Below, in pieces: positions 25,901 through 35,241 of a stretch of 37,396 nucleotides of DNA. A model generated the notes under the pieces. The model did not search any database. It was not told where the DNA came from and saw nothing but the letters and a program-made list of their open reading frames with translations. A program made the translations under genes and the position numbers. The DNA lies in the IMG/VR virus record IMGVR_UViG_3300047669_000297, positions 1 to 37,396 of that record; one strand, 5' to 3'. Source of the stretch: a virus (lineage: Duplodnaviria; Caudoviricetes). Within the stretch, counting starts at the first letter, position 1, and each line of letters starts with the position of its first letter.

Positions 25901-26716
25901 TAAAAGATTACGCTCTAACCAAGCAACACCAGATTCTATACCTTCTTTTTGAGCATTAGGAAGAAGCTGTATTGCTTTTCTACCTGAAGCTTTACCTAAT
26001 TGATACACACCTCCACCAGCAACATTACCTAGAACACCTATAACAGGAGAGGCAACTCCTTCTATAATACCCTGAACTGCAGCCTCTGTTAAATTAACAC
26101 CGTCTTTTTTATCTCGTAAGCCTACCTCTTGTTGTATCTTTTGATTAATAACATTTGTTGCTACACCACCAGTTCCAGCTACAGTTCCTTCCACTGCATA
26201 ACTAGCTAACGCTGGTTTAGAAATAGCAGCTTTTATTTTTGCATTAAGATATTTTCTTACACCCTGTTTAGCAGCTTCTTTAGCAGCCAAAGCAGCGGCA
26301 CCACCAGCACCTAAAGTAAATGCAGCGGCTACAGCAGAAAATAAATTAGTAGGATCAGTTATACCAGCAAGACCATAGTCTGCTATCTTTTTACCGAGAG
26401 GTGCAGCACCTTCTCCAAAGGTAGGAAGTTTGTCAATCTCTTTTAGTGCGTAGCCAAGAATAGTTTTACTATCATTGTCCATGTCATCTATAGCACTTTT
26501 TGCTACAGGAGCAGCTATTAGATTATTTTCAAAGAATCTTTTTCTTGTAAGAAAAGTATCTATGATATCCTTCTTATTTTCATAATCTACATCAATATCT
26601 AAATCTTTTAAGACATAGAAAAGACCGTCAGTTAAGTCTTTGTCACCGACTAAACTTTCGTATGATCTTTCTTGTACAGAAGATTCTTCTTGTTGTTGTT
26701 GTTGTTCTTCAGCCAC
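22946..26716 (-). CDS. Large internal virion/ejection protein (gp16-like position)
   Basis: 1256 aa, helical, Ala/Gly-rich N-terminal segment, last large gene of the structural arm; GTG start. Confidence 0.7.
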   Translation of the reverse strand: MAEEQQQQQEESSVQERSYESLVGDKDLTDGLFYVLKDLDIDVDYENKKDIIDTFLTRKRFFENNLIAAPVAKSAIDDMDNDSKTILGYALKEIDKLPTFGEGAAPLGKKIADYGLAGITDPTNLFSAVAAAFTLGAGGAAALAAKEAAKQGVRKYLNAKIKAAISKPALASYAVEGTVAGTGGVATNVINQKIQQEVGLRDKKDGVNLTEAAVQGIIEGVASPVIGVLGNVAGGGVYQLGKASGRKAIQLLPNAQKEGIESGVAWLERNLLPAGGASDRQRRLVERQSGQAMSFKNRAEDLTTSFNNVLKRDFTEADIIGEGSLINKSLQGDKSSLSLVQNKSQDTRNLIDDFFNLRNEAFDFSKNSSVSKKILGIFDKDPNYVRNVPEKYAVTKRIESYKEFIKRNPYAESELRQAMLLDPQNSNWKKFTDEYVEIDKSGIGKEILDDAKVDKIVKEAGESLYAPTKELKKETGSFEKRKEDLSPTLKKFIGYNNIPGLRIAETINGIVDTASRTNVARDIIGDATRRGLAVTVDKAAKNPEAVAKQSLGGEDVMPITGSFQKISKGEKEDAVMRLPFDAIDDSLKNVYITKTEGKKLKELFDEGFASDIYKRDDIIGTVVRTFSGVQGLSKAGKTIYSPLAHARNIVGAAGYAITSGNLRGLLDGAKYISSLSKESKQDIIKEYTELGIRGSNIDLNQVLKRFGDMSDKIDDGGIIERLVKSGGLSAFGKPGTKVAKAAQEFYGGVDDFFKGAAVFANEKRKSSKLFNSFSKEQQAAKLEEFDQVFNAGRGTSKADDYIKEVAAQKTLNLTPVYGRIPKILENLRAFPVIGSFTAYPAERIRNTYQIFKIGTDELREGFETGNKELTKQGISRLAQWSAAQGALYTGAYAMNESNGFGDVIDGMRNFLPDWEKNGALVVTGKDKDGNYKYVDLTYIHPDSQFQNAIVPIILKAARGEDVSKDLDESVINSFKELVDPYVDPSLAFEFSKNMYEFVTTGEERNLLKALTAVEPGYLNFLKDMARDADAFEKFGETGKDIEAALFPEVFGTQDARAEDFSDLAAKSGLPFIEGLIPIPGAKEKVFNPKKTMAFAISNINRNYKSDRSKFFKDLVNDLADPRTEIDTISVLQDYDEILTQQFVAQQAFLNLYRDMEKVTGKKETFEIMKSLKDSSKGILPSQKSLASILNRERFDPSTVSDKANEFNALDRELIRKTGLSYRNNLNNLRRELLALEKFYKSKNLNGEPPDLEIEAN

Positions 26717-26719
26717 AAG

Positions 26720-28726
26720 CTAGGACCTTTCTTTAATCTTAGAAGCAGTCTGGCTTTTACCTGAATCTGGTTTTTGTTGAGCAATAACATCTTTATCTTT
26801 TAACCTTTTGTTAATAGCAGATCTTATCCCTCGATCACTAACACTATCAAAAATTTGTTTTAAATGGTCTGGATCAACGATGTTGCTTATTTTTTCTAAC
26901 GCAGCTATTCTCTGTGATGGTGTAAATATACCAATACGAGCTGCTTTATAGCTTAGTAAAGATTCCTCTGCCGCTACTTTTCTATTAGCTAAAATATTAG
27001 CTAATCTTTGCTGTCTTTCTGCAGCTTGTTTAGCAGATGAACTTGCAGCAGCCTGTCCAAGCTGTGTGCCTAAAGGTTTAGAAGGATCAGCTTGTGAGAA
27101 GCCTATGAGAAGATCACTAATTCTCTCTAATCTTGTAGGACCAGTTAAAAGATTTCCTCCAGGACGTTCCTTTAAAAAATCACCTATTGAAGAAAGACCT
27201 GAACCTGTTTTATCCGCTACGGTTTCAAAAAATCCTGGTTGCGCTTCTGCTAAAGCTGCTAACTCTTCTTCAGTATATGGATCAGTTTGTTCTGTTGTTT
27301 CTTCTTCTGGATCAGGAACGTCAGGAAATCTAGTATCGCCCACCAAACTCCCTTCTTGAAGAGCAACTAACCCACCTTGTCGAAGCGATGTTACATTTTC
27401 TTCTTTATTCATCTCAGCAATAGAAGCTAACCCACCAAAGTCAACAACCTCTGTACCAGCAACTTCTGACACAAGCTCAGGATATTTTTCTTTAACCTCA
27501 TCAGACATAGGACCAACAACTTTAGGATAAGTTTTAGGGTCGTCTTTATATCTAAATGAATACATTGCTAAACCAGTAGCCTCATCCATCCCTATTTTTT
27601 TAACATCTGTTTTCTCTCTAGGATCGCTCATTTTAGCAAAACCACCAGCAGCCGATCCTAAACTACCTATAAATCCAGACGCTTGCTGTAAGTAAGTTGG
27701 TTGTGCTTGTCCTGGCCCTCTGTTTGTGAGTGTACCGGCTGCACCTAATACGCTTTGAGTAGGCTGAATAAACTGAGAGTACTGTTGAAGCGCAGATTCT
27801 GGGAAAGTTCTTTCTTCTAAAAACTTCCTCTGTGATATATCTAATTCACCTTGGCTTTGCCCTCTACGTGCTGCACCAACCGCTTCTAAACGTGCAAGTT
27901 CATCAGCAGTTCCTTTAGGTGCGACTTGTGCAAGTTCAGAAAAACTACGAGAAGCACCTAATCTACTCTCCTGCTGTGCTTGTGCTTGTTGCACTGCTTG
28001 TTTAAAAGCTTCTCCTAAACCTGTAGTTCTTATGTCAGCAACACCCTGCTCTAAATTACGGCGACGCTCTGCTTCTGCTATTCCATACCTACTACCTCCA
28101 AATGCACCAGCCGTAACTGCTTTTGAAGCTAACGCTTGTTTTTCTATATCTCCCGCTCTCCTACGCTCACGCTCTGCTACATCAATAACCTGAGAAGCAT
28201 AAGGATTCATAAATCTTGAAATGTCTGCATCAGTAGTTCCTAGACCAGCTAGTCCAGCTAACTGTGCTGCGGGTGCAGCATAAGCTTGAGTTTGTCCTAC
28301 TACGTCAGAAGTAAGATCAAATGCTCTTTCTTGTTCTGGAGTAAATCCAGCTATTTCTTGACCAGTATAAGGGACATACCCTTCTTCTTTACGTGTCTTA
28401 TAAATATCTTGTGCTTCAGAAAGAACTTCTTGAACATAAGGTTTTAACTCTTCAGGTATTTCTGCTGTTTGTTTTGATGTAGTAGTTACAGGAGGAGGTG
28501 GAGGAGGTGAACCAAAGAACTGCACACACTTAGTATTTTCATTTATCGTTCCTGCACCACCCATAGAACGAAGAACAGCTACCTCATGTTTATTAACGTG
28601 AGCAAGTTCAGTATCTCCACATACGCCTTTACCAGACAAGTCTTCATACAAGAAGTTGTATAAGAATACCTTCTCTTCGCTAGAGAAGCCTGACAAGACT
28701 TTATTAAATTTATTTTTCATGCTCAT
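26720..28726 (-). CDS. Internal virion/DNA-transfer protein with central peptidase S74-like domain
   Basis: FMNPY and AGAFGGSR pilot-like motifs, Gln/Ala-rich; SDPREK motif followed by YSFRYK...GPMSDEV...PELV. Confidence 0.7.
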   Translation of the reverse strand: MSMKNKFNKVLSGFSSEEKVFLYNFLYEDLSGKGVCGDTELAHVNKHEVAVLRSMGGAGTINENTKCVQFFGSPPPPPPVTTTSKQTAEIPEELKPYVQEVLSEAQDIYKTRKEEGYVPYTGQEIAGFTPEQERAFDLTSDVVGQTQAYAAPAAQLAGLAGLGTTDADISRFMNPYASQVIDVAERERRRAGDIEKQALASKAVTAGAFGGSRYGIAEAERRRNLEQGVADIRTTGLGEAFKQAVQQAQAQQESRLGASRSFSELAQVAPKGTADELARLEAVGAARRGQSQGELDISQRKFLEERTFPESALQQYSQFIQPTQSVLGAAGTLTNRGPGQAQPTYLQQASGFIGSLGSAAGGFAKMSDPREKTDVKKIGMDEATGLAMYSFRYKDDPKTYPKVVGPMSDEVKEKYPELVSEVAGTEVVDFGGLASIAEMNKEENVTSLRQGGLVALQEGSLVGDTRFPDVPDPEEETTEQTDPYTEEELAALAEAQPGFFETVADKTGSGLSSIGDFLKERPGGNLLTGPTRLERISDLLIGFSQADPSKPLGTQLGQAAASSSAKQAAERQQRLANILANRKVAAEESLLSYKAARIGIFTPSQRIAALEKISNIVDPDHLKQIFDSVSDRGIRSAINKRLKDKDVIAQQKPDSGKSQTASKIKERS

Positions 28727-28728
28727 TA

Positions 28729-29157
28729 TTACAGTTCCTTCGTTAATACGGTGGCGTATTTTTTATAATTAAACTTCTCCAGTTTTCTTTTCCAACCATC
28801 TCTTGCAATTATTTTAATATGCTTCACATTATTTTCTTTTGCATATTTAACTATATCAGAGTTATCAGACACACAGTGGTCTAACCATTTGCTTATCGTG
28901 CCTGTCTTTGCACCTACCAAACAGATAGTAAGAACATTATAATTAGGATATTTATCAAGTTGGGTTGTCGCTGCAACAACAATGCCATTCTCTTTATTAA
29001 GACCAACCCACAACTCCATTACTTCTGTTACTAATAAATTATAAATATCTTCTAGGTCATACTCTCCATGACTTCTTTCTAATGGTTTAGCCAGTAAATC
29101 TTTTACATATGGCCATGTAACTTCTATACAGTTTGACCTTATCTTTGTAACTTCCAT
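28729..29157 (-). CDS. Hypothetical protein, possibly GNAT-like (gp13-like position)
   Basis: 142 aa; ARDGWKRKL motif; lies between tail and ejection genes. Confidence 0.55.
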   Translation of the reverse strand: MEVTKIRSNCIEVTWPYVKDLLAKPLERSHGEYDLEDIYNLLVTEVMELWVGLNKENGIVVAATTQLDKYPNYNVLTICLVGAKTGTISKWLDHCVSDNSDIVKYAKENNVKHIKIIARDGWKRKLEKFNYKKYATVLTKEL

Positions 29158-30801
29158 TTAAGCTATCGAACTTAGTCCTTTCTCTGCATCAATTTCTTTT
29201 TGTTGCTCTTCTCTTCCAAAGGCTTCTTTACGAACATCTGTTAGAAAATCATCTAACTCATCCGCACCAGCATCAGAAGAACCATTACCAAGCATAGAGA
29301 CTACATCAGCAGGTATAACATATTCATCTTTACTGAGAAGAGCAAAGTCAGGATTACCGCCCTTTACTCGGAAAGGTATTTCATCAGACATGCCATCACC
29401 CTTTCCTTCTACTTGACCCTCAAAGTATTCTCCTACATCCCCGCCTTCCTTAAATCCAAATGCATTCTTAAACTGACCTACGAATGACTTCATATTAGGA
29501 ACATCAACCTCTTGTCCTATAGCAATTTCATCACGATCCACGATATTTGGATTTGATTCTAGCAAGTCTTCTACAGATACTCCGCTTTGCTTTGCTATAG
29601 AAGATAATGTATCTCCACCTTTAACTGTGTAGTCCCTACCAAGTAAATTTAATAAACCCTTTCCAGCTTCTCTTGCTGATCCTATAAAGTCTGTATCTTT
29701 ACTTTCTGCTTTAGGAGGAGTTTCTATAGCTGTTTGTTTAAGTGCCGCTAGCTGTGCTAAAGAAGCTTCTCCTTCTTTAGTAAATGGATCAGCTTCATCT
29801 TCTTCATCTAAAATACTTTCATTATAATAGTCTTCTAATTCTTCTGCAACCAATTCCATTCTAGGTCTAATTCCTGGTCTGCCTCTTTTCTTTGCATCCC
29901 TATACTCATCGTTATTTAAAAATTCTTTAGACGCTTCGTCAAACTTTCCTGAATTAATTAATCTTATAGTTTCAGGACTTCCTCCTAAACTGCCTCTAAA
30001 CCATTCTCCTAACACAGCTACTTGTAAGTCTTTTGGAAAAGAATTAAATTTTGGGATTCTTCTTCTAATCTGAGGTAATCTTTGCCTAATGTCTTGTCTT
30101 AATAAAGTATCTGCTTCTTCTTTTGTTATTTTTTGACCTACCTTTACATTACTGCTCGCATGGCCATGACCTATAGTTAGCCTATCACCTTTTGTAGGAA
30201 TTCTTGCTGTATATTCTATACCTTCTTTATCTTTTAAAAAGTCTACAAATGAGTTAATATCTTCATCTTCTGTTGTTGTTTGATCTACTTTTTGTATGCT
30301 TCCACCTTTTTTCATAGGCATCATACTAGCTAGTCCTGCTTGAGGAGCTACTTCACTTATTTGGATTTCTTCTTGTGCCTGAACGGGCATATCCATTGTT
30401 GGTATAACTGTTCTAGTTCTATCAGGAAGTGATCCTGCCATGCTTTTGACATCAGCTAAGTTTTCTCTTTCTGACTCAGCTTCTATACGTTTGTCTATCA
30501 TGTTAGCTGCTTCACTACCTGCACCAAAAGCAGCCAATGCTGCAGCAAATGGTCCTGTCTTTTGTGGGTTAGCCAGAGCATACTGACCAGCTATGTTGGT
30601 TATTTGACCAACTGCATCAACAGGACTAAAGCCTACTGGCATACCTGTACCCATGTCTACTTCTTGTTGACCTAAACTTTGTAGACCAGCTTGAGGAGAA
30701 GGCATCTGCATTCTTTGTACTTCAGCAGGAGGACGTTGAGCAGCCTCACGTAAAACTTCTATTTCTGCCAGCTTATCTAACCCGTCAATCATTATAAGCA
30801 T
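29158..30801 (-). CDS. Virion-associated lysozyme with LysM domain
   Basis: GH24-like KEG...LTIGHGH...ITKEEADTLLRQD; LysM YTVKGGDTLSSIAK; C-terminal GKGDGMSDEIP...LSKDEYVIPADVV domain. Confidence 0.85.
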   Translation of the reverse strand: MLIMIDGLDKLAEIEVLREAAQRPPAEVQRMQMPSPQAGLQSLGQQEVDMGTGMPVGFSPVDAVGQITNIAGQYALANPQKTGPFAAALAAFGAGSEAANMIDKRIEAESERENLADVKSMAGSLPDRTRTVIPTMDMPVQAQEEIQISEVAPQAGLASMMPMKKGGSIQKVDQTTTEDEDINSFVDFLKDKEGIEYTARIPTKGDRLTIGHGHASSNVKVGQKITKEEADTLLRQDIRQRLPQIRRRIPKFNSFPKDLQVAVLGEWFRGSLGGSPETIRLINSGKFDEASKEFLNNDEYRDAKKRGRPGIRPRMELVAEELEDYYNESILDEEDEADPFTKEGEASLAQLAALKQTAIETPPKAESKDTDFIGSAREAGKGLLNLLGRDYTVKGGDTLSSIAKQSGVSVEDLLESNPNIVDRDEIAIGQEVDVPNMKSFVGQFKNAFGFKEGGDVGEYFEGQVEGKGDGMSDEIPFRVKGGNPDFALLSKDEYVIPADVVSMLGNGSSDAGADELDDFLTDVRKEAFGREEQQKEIDAEKGLSSIA

Positions 30802-31007
30802 CTCCTAATATCCATGTAGTTAGACTGTATCTTAGTCATATCTGCATGTAATGTATTTTCTTTATTATACAGCGAACCTTTTGAATATGCCATGCCTTCA
30901 GCTTTAGTTGCTCCAAAAAAATCAGGCGGTTGTACTATACCTTTATTTACATTCTCAATAAATGTATTCTGGTTTATCACTTCTAAAACTTTTTTATAAT
31001 CATACAT
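30792..31007 (-). CDS. Hypothetical protein (likely start ATG 31007)
   Basis: TAATG overlap with the upstream gene. Confidence 0.6.
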   Translation of the reverse strand: MYDYKKVLEVINQNTFIENVNKGIVQPPDFFGATKAEGMAYSKGSLYNKENTLHADMTKIQSNYMDIRRCL

Positions 31008-31273
31008 TAGTGAAAGTCCACCCAACTGTTACCTACATAACCTTTAAACTTACTTGCGCTTACAGCAAAAGCTATATCTCCACTAGCAGGTCTACCTATC
31101 TCTGACACAGTAACAACATTATATATTTTAGTAGTAGGAGTAGAATCTACTTCTACATCTCTTGATTCTAAAAGAAACTTTAATTCACCAGCATAAGATA
31201 TAAGAGTATTGTATACTTCAGTTAAATCTTCTGTTTTCTGATACTTAGGAAGTTCTGGATAAAGGAAAGCCAT
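31007..31273 (-). CDS. Hypothetical structural-module protein, 88 aa
   Basis: TAATG coupling on both sides. Confidence 0.7.
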   Translation of the reverse strand: MAFLYPELPKYQKTEDLTEVYNTLISYAGELKFLLESRDVEVDSTPTTKIYNVVTVSEIGRPASGDIAFAVSASKFKGYVGNSWVDFH

Positions 31274-33141
31274 TATCGCTTACCATCGCTTTGAATTGCC
31301 ATACGAACACTGCCCCATCTCCATGAAGTATTAAAACTATTACAAGACACTCTTACATTTGCTTGCCTACCTCTACCTCTAAAGTCTATCTTCTTTATTC
31401 CTGAATTAATTTTAAATGGTCCTTTTTCAGTCTCACTGGCAGCAGGAAATTCTCTAAAGTTAACAGACATATTTAGATCACCCTGATTTATAGTGTAGTC
31501 AGGAATAATTCTATCTGCAAAAATTAAATCATTGCCATCTTGTATATCAAAGTCTGCTGATTGTAAGAAGGAAGACAAGGCTACTCCATCTCCTGTATAC
31601 ACTGACACAGGTTCGTTGTCCCAGATATGGGGCGTTGCTCCCGCAGATACTTTTCCTGTCGCCATAGTGTTAGTAAATACTGTAGCGTCTTTAAAGGTTG
31701 TATAAAAACTAGTTCCAAATGCCCAAGTATTTTCTTCATAGTTATATAAAACATAAGCATTAGGTTCTAATGAATTTGTTGTAGGATAGAACCAGATAAT
31801 TTCGTGAAACTCTGAGTTTACTGCAGCATATACTTTATCTCCCTGTGTCAAGTTAAAGTCATCGTATACATATCTACGAACAGTACAGTCTAGCTTATCT
31901 ATTCTACCATCAAATCTATAGAAGTTATTATCTCCCATCCAATAAGAAATACCATCTACGTTAATAGCTCCGTGTTGACCTACTAATCCACAGTTAGTTC
32001 CTAGTTGTGATAAAGCAAAAATAAAGGGTGGACCGACATACTGCAAAGAATACAACGCTTGATCTGACCAAACATGGATTGTATTACGCGATCTAATACC
32101 ACCTTTAAGAGTCGTTCCATCTACTACCTGTAGCTCACCTGATGTAGAAGAAACTGATGGCGTCCAGTTAGTAAAGTCTTCTTGATCCGACCATCTAATT
32201 AACAAAGGATTAAATGCACTACCAGAAAACTCATTTGTTCCAAAAGCAATAACATGTCTATCATTAGGAGACACAACAATACTGTTAATACTAACAGGAG
32301 CGGTGGTTACAATGGCTGCTCTAACTGGTACAGTACTTGCGTTAGCGTCCCAGTGTAGTAAATTACCACCCCTACGAACAGCTAATAAATCTTCTCCAAA
32401 GTTATCTAATGACCACTGAGTAGCGGCAAAGACTATATTTGAAGATGCGGCAGGATTGTTCCATGCTCTTTCTCCTGATGTAGATACACCAGCATTATAT
32501 ATACCTGCACCATAACCTAAACCCTGAATGTTATTATTTGATCCTGTTCTTAGAAGGAAGTTAACTGTAGCTGTACCTGCACTTGTGCTTGTAGCTGTTG
32601 CTACACTTGTAGTGCTAATGAGAAAACGATTAGTTCCACTAGTACTAACTGCTCTAAATACAGGTCCACCAAAACTACTTGCAGCAAAATTAGTACTGGC
32701 AAAGTTTCTTATGGATGCACTGGTAAAGAAAATAAAATCATTTACTGAAACACCATTAGCGTTGAGACTAACTGTAATTTTATTAGAACCTGATGTAGTA
32801 CCTAACTTACCTGCTGATCCATCTGTTCCTACAGTCACTGTGCTTACTATAGGAGTTACATCATATAAAATATCACTAGAAAGAATATATAGTTTTTGTT
32901 CTGTGCCAAAAGACAAGAGTTTCTGTGTATTGTTACTTTGCCAAGTAAGTAAATCTCTTCCTGTACCGTCAAAGGTAGTGGATAAGTGTTTCTGATAACC
33001 ACGTAAGTTTTCTGGCTTACCTGCTCTAAAGCGCACACGATCACAATCATACCAAGAACCACCTTCAGAGTATTCTGTAGACTCTCTGTGTATTCCAGGT
33101 CTGAGATTAAATTTAAATAAGTTTGCTGTTGTGCTTGCCAT
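31273..33141 (-). CDS. Tail nozzle/DNA stabilisation protein (P22 gp10/T7 gp12-like)
   Basis: 622 aa, beta-rich; WYDCDRVRF, IRWSDQED and RGRGRQ motifs; lies upstream of the ejection genes. Confidence 0.7.
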   Translation of the reverse strand: MASTTANLFKFNLRPGIHRESTEYSEGGSWYDCDRVRFRAGKPENLRGYQKHLSTTFDGTGRDLLTWQSNNTQKLLSFGTEQKLYILSSDILYDVTPIVSTVTVGTDGSAGKLGTTSGSNKITVSLNANGVSVNDFIFFTSASIRNFASTNFAASSFGGPVFRAVSTSGTNRFLISTTSVATATSTSAGTATVNFLLRTGSNNNIQGLGYGAGIYNAGVSTSGERAWNNPAASSNIVFAATQWSLDNFGEDLLAVRRGGNLLHWDANASTVPVRAAIVTTAPVSINSIVVSPNDRHVIAFGTNEFSGSAFNPLLIRWSDQEDFTNWTPSVSSTSGELQVVDGTTLKGGIRSRNTIHVWSDQALYSLQYVGPPFIFALSQLGTNCGLVGQHGAINVDGISYWMGDNNFYRFDGRIDKLDCTVRRYVYDDFNLTQGDKVYAAVNSEFHEIIWFYPTTNSLEPNAYVLYNYEENTWAFGTSFYTTFKDATVFTNTMATGKVSAGATPHIWDNEPVSVYTGDGVALSSFLQSADFDIQDGNDLIFADRIIPDYTINQGDLNMSVNFREFPAASETEKGPFKINSGIKKIDFRGRGRQANVRVSCNSFNTSWRWGSVRMAIQSDGKR

Positions 33142-33150
33142 TTATAATCA

Positions 33151-34332
33151 CTAACTAACTTCTGTTAGTTTTACAGAAGAAAAAATACTTCCACTACTAT
33201 GCACGGTCGCACCACCATTTAAGAATATTTCACGTGGAACATTATGTCCCGCTCTGAAACTAAACTGAATAGGGTCTGTATTAGATACAGAAGTACGATA
33301 TCTAATAGGAAATAGATTAACACCATTACCATTATCAGCTATTTGAAGAGGATAAGATGCTACTGCATCTGTAGCAGAATTTTTAAATAAAGCTAATGTC
33401 ATATTTGTTGGATTCAACGCCCCTAAATTAATTAGTGCGTCTACTTCAATTTTGTTACCAGAACTTAAAGGAGTTATTGAACATTCTAAAGCTGTAATAT
33501 GATTTCCTTCTGTTATTTGAGGAAGAGTATCATCAAAAGGAATATTATTTACACCTAAACTTGTAAAAGCTGCAGTTTCAACATAAACATTTGAAGTTGT
33601 TATGTTTGACCATATAGGATTTGCGCTTGAACCTTGTGTCTTTAAGAACTGACCTGATGTACCTGCTGGAAGGTTCTGTATATTTGTACCGTTATTGTAT
33701 AAGATATCTCCTTGAGCATCACTTCCAAAATTAAGTTGATTACCTAGACCATCAAATGCAGAAGCAGATACTGTTCCTGAAAACCTACCTGATACCGCTG
33801 ACACTGATGTGGCATGTATATTTGTAGCAGAAACAATAGATGTTGTAATTTTAGTAGCATTAAGAACACTAGTGGATACTGATGTAGCAGTAAGACTGTT
33901 AGCAGTAAAGGAACTTACTGATGTTGGAAATGCAGTTTTATATACATTAGTCCCATCAGTTGCCACCATAATATTAGAACCTTGTTCTATTGTAATGGCT
34001 GTGTTACCTGCAGTTTTAACTTTAAGAGCATATGCTCCAGATGTATTGTTTCTTATATAATACATTTTATTAACAGAGGGAATAATAATAGAAGTCTCTG
34101 CCGTAAGTGTACCATCAAAAGACAAGATAGCTTTACGTGATTGGTCTGTAGTACCATTAATCTGAGATAGTGTTAGAGGAGTTGTACCACTAACTGAAAC
34201 TATCTGGTATGCTGCAACAGCCTGATCGACTAGATCAATAACATTAGTATTAAGAAGCGCACCCCAAGAGTTAGGATTCTCCCCATCCGCCTGTTTCTCT
34301 AGTCTAATATTTGATGTATAAGTACTCGCCAT
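33151..34332 (-). CDS. Tail fibre/appendage protein, Ser/Thr-rich
   Basis: MASTYTSNIRLEKQADGEN..WG N-terminus; GDILY...LPAGTSGQFLKTQG..ANPIW fibre motif. Confidence 0.7.
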   Translation of the reverse strand: MASTYTSNIRLEKQADGENPNSWGALLNTNVIDLVDQAVAAYQIVSVSGTTPLTLSQINGTTDQSRKAILSFDGTLTAETSIIIPSVNKMYYIRNNTSGAYALKVKTAGNTAITIEQGSNIMVATDGTNVYKTAFPTSVSSFTANSLTATSVSTSVLNATKITTSIVSATNIHATSVSAVSGRFSGTVSASAFDGLGNQLNFGSDAQGDILYNNGTNIQNLPAGTSGQFLKTQGSSANPIWSNITTSNVYVETAAFTSLGVNNIPFDDTLPQITEGNHITALECSITPLSSGNKIEVDALINLGALNPTNMTLALFKNSATDAVASYPLQIADNGNGVNLFPIRYRTSVSNTDPIQFSFRAGHNVPREIFLNGGATVHSSGSIFSSVKLTEVS

Positions 34333-34333
34333 G

Positions 34334-34714
34334 TTAAACTCCTAAGTGTGGTGCAGATAGATACAATACATATGCTGTTTCTTCTGGATTCACTTTAATT
34401 TTATAAGCTATTGTTCTTGTCCCTAAAAAATTTTTAAAATTATAAATTTCTTCTACAACTAATCCTACCACTCTTACAGGATGGTTAAAACATCTATTAG
34501 CCACAGATAAATTAAAGAATATAGTGTCTGATTTTTGTCCTGATTCTTCTAAAGCTTTACCTACTCTTAGTATTGCATCCTCATCTACACAGAAACTTTT
34601 ATACATTATTAAATCTTCAGGCATCGGATTTGTTTTGTGTTCAGCTTGTGCAGAAAAAGAATATAAAAAAACTTGTAAATAAAATAGTATAAAAATTAAA
34701 ATATATCTCTTCAT
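34334..34714 (-). CDS. Hypothetical exported protein
   Basis: Signal peptide ending AQA; AT-rich gene. Confidence 0.7.
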   Translation of the reverse strand: MKRYILIFILFYLQVFLYSFSAQAEHKTNPMPEDLIMYKSFCVDEDAILRVGKALEESGQKSDTIFFNLSVANRCFNHPVRVVGLVVEEIYNFKNFLGTRTIAYKIKVNPEETAYVLYLSAPHLGV

Positions 34715-34894
34715 GTTCTTGGGTCTTTAGACCATCCACTGTCTAGTAAACTTCCTGCTAACTTAAATAAAGCATCCATAATAAAATATCATATCTTTAA
34801 TAGTTGTTGGTGTTTCTGTTTCTTAATCTTCGTTAGCTGTGTTGTCTGGGCTAGGCTGCTCCTATTGTAAAGCTTGGCCTACGGCAACCGTTAG

Positions 34895-35035
34895 CTACAA
34901 AGAAGGTAGCGTTGGCACTAACATCTCATCAGGTTGGACTTTGCCTTTCTTATCCTCAGCAGTTTCCGTAACGGACTGACAACCGCTTGAGAGTGCGAGA
35001 GCTATTACAGCTATGTACATTAAGTAATTCTTCAT
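34895..35035 (-). CDS. Small, possibly truncated lipoprotein, 46 aa, not in ORF track
   Basis: MKNYLMYIAVIALALSSGC lipobox; ATGA overlap with the upstream ORF. Confidence 0.55.
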   Translation of the reverse strand: MKNYLMYIAVIALALSSGCQSVTETAEDKKGKVQPDEMLVPTLPSL

Positions 35036-35202
35036 TTGCTTGCCTCTTTCTTCGGCTCAATAACTTCCGCAGGTGCTTGTGCTAATCCTGCTTCAATAGC
35101 TAACGCATTCAAGACCGACTGCATGGCTTGCATTTCATTAACTGCAACTTTGCAATCACGTTGTAAGAATTGTAGTGCCGCTTGTGCTAGTTCTTTATCC
35201 AT
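35032..35202 (-). CDS. Hypothetical protein, 56 aa (MDKELAQAALQFLQR...), not in ORF track
   Basis: Translated by hand; GAGG RBS. Confidence 0.65.
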   Translation of the reverse strand: MDKELAQAALQFLQRDCKVAVNEMQAMQSVLNALAIEAGLAQAPAEVIEPKKEASK

Positions 35203-35241
35203 GTCTTATTCTTCCTCTGGTTTAGTTAAAAGTTTTGTTGT

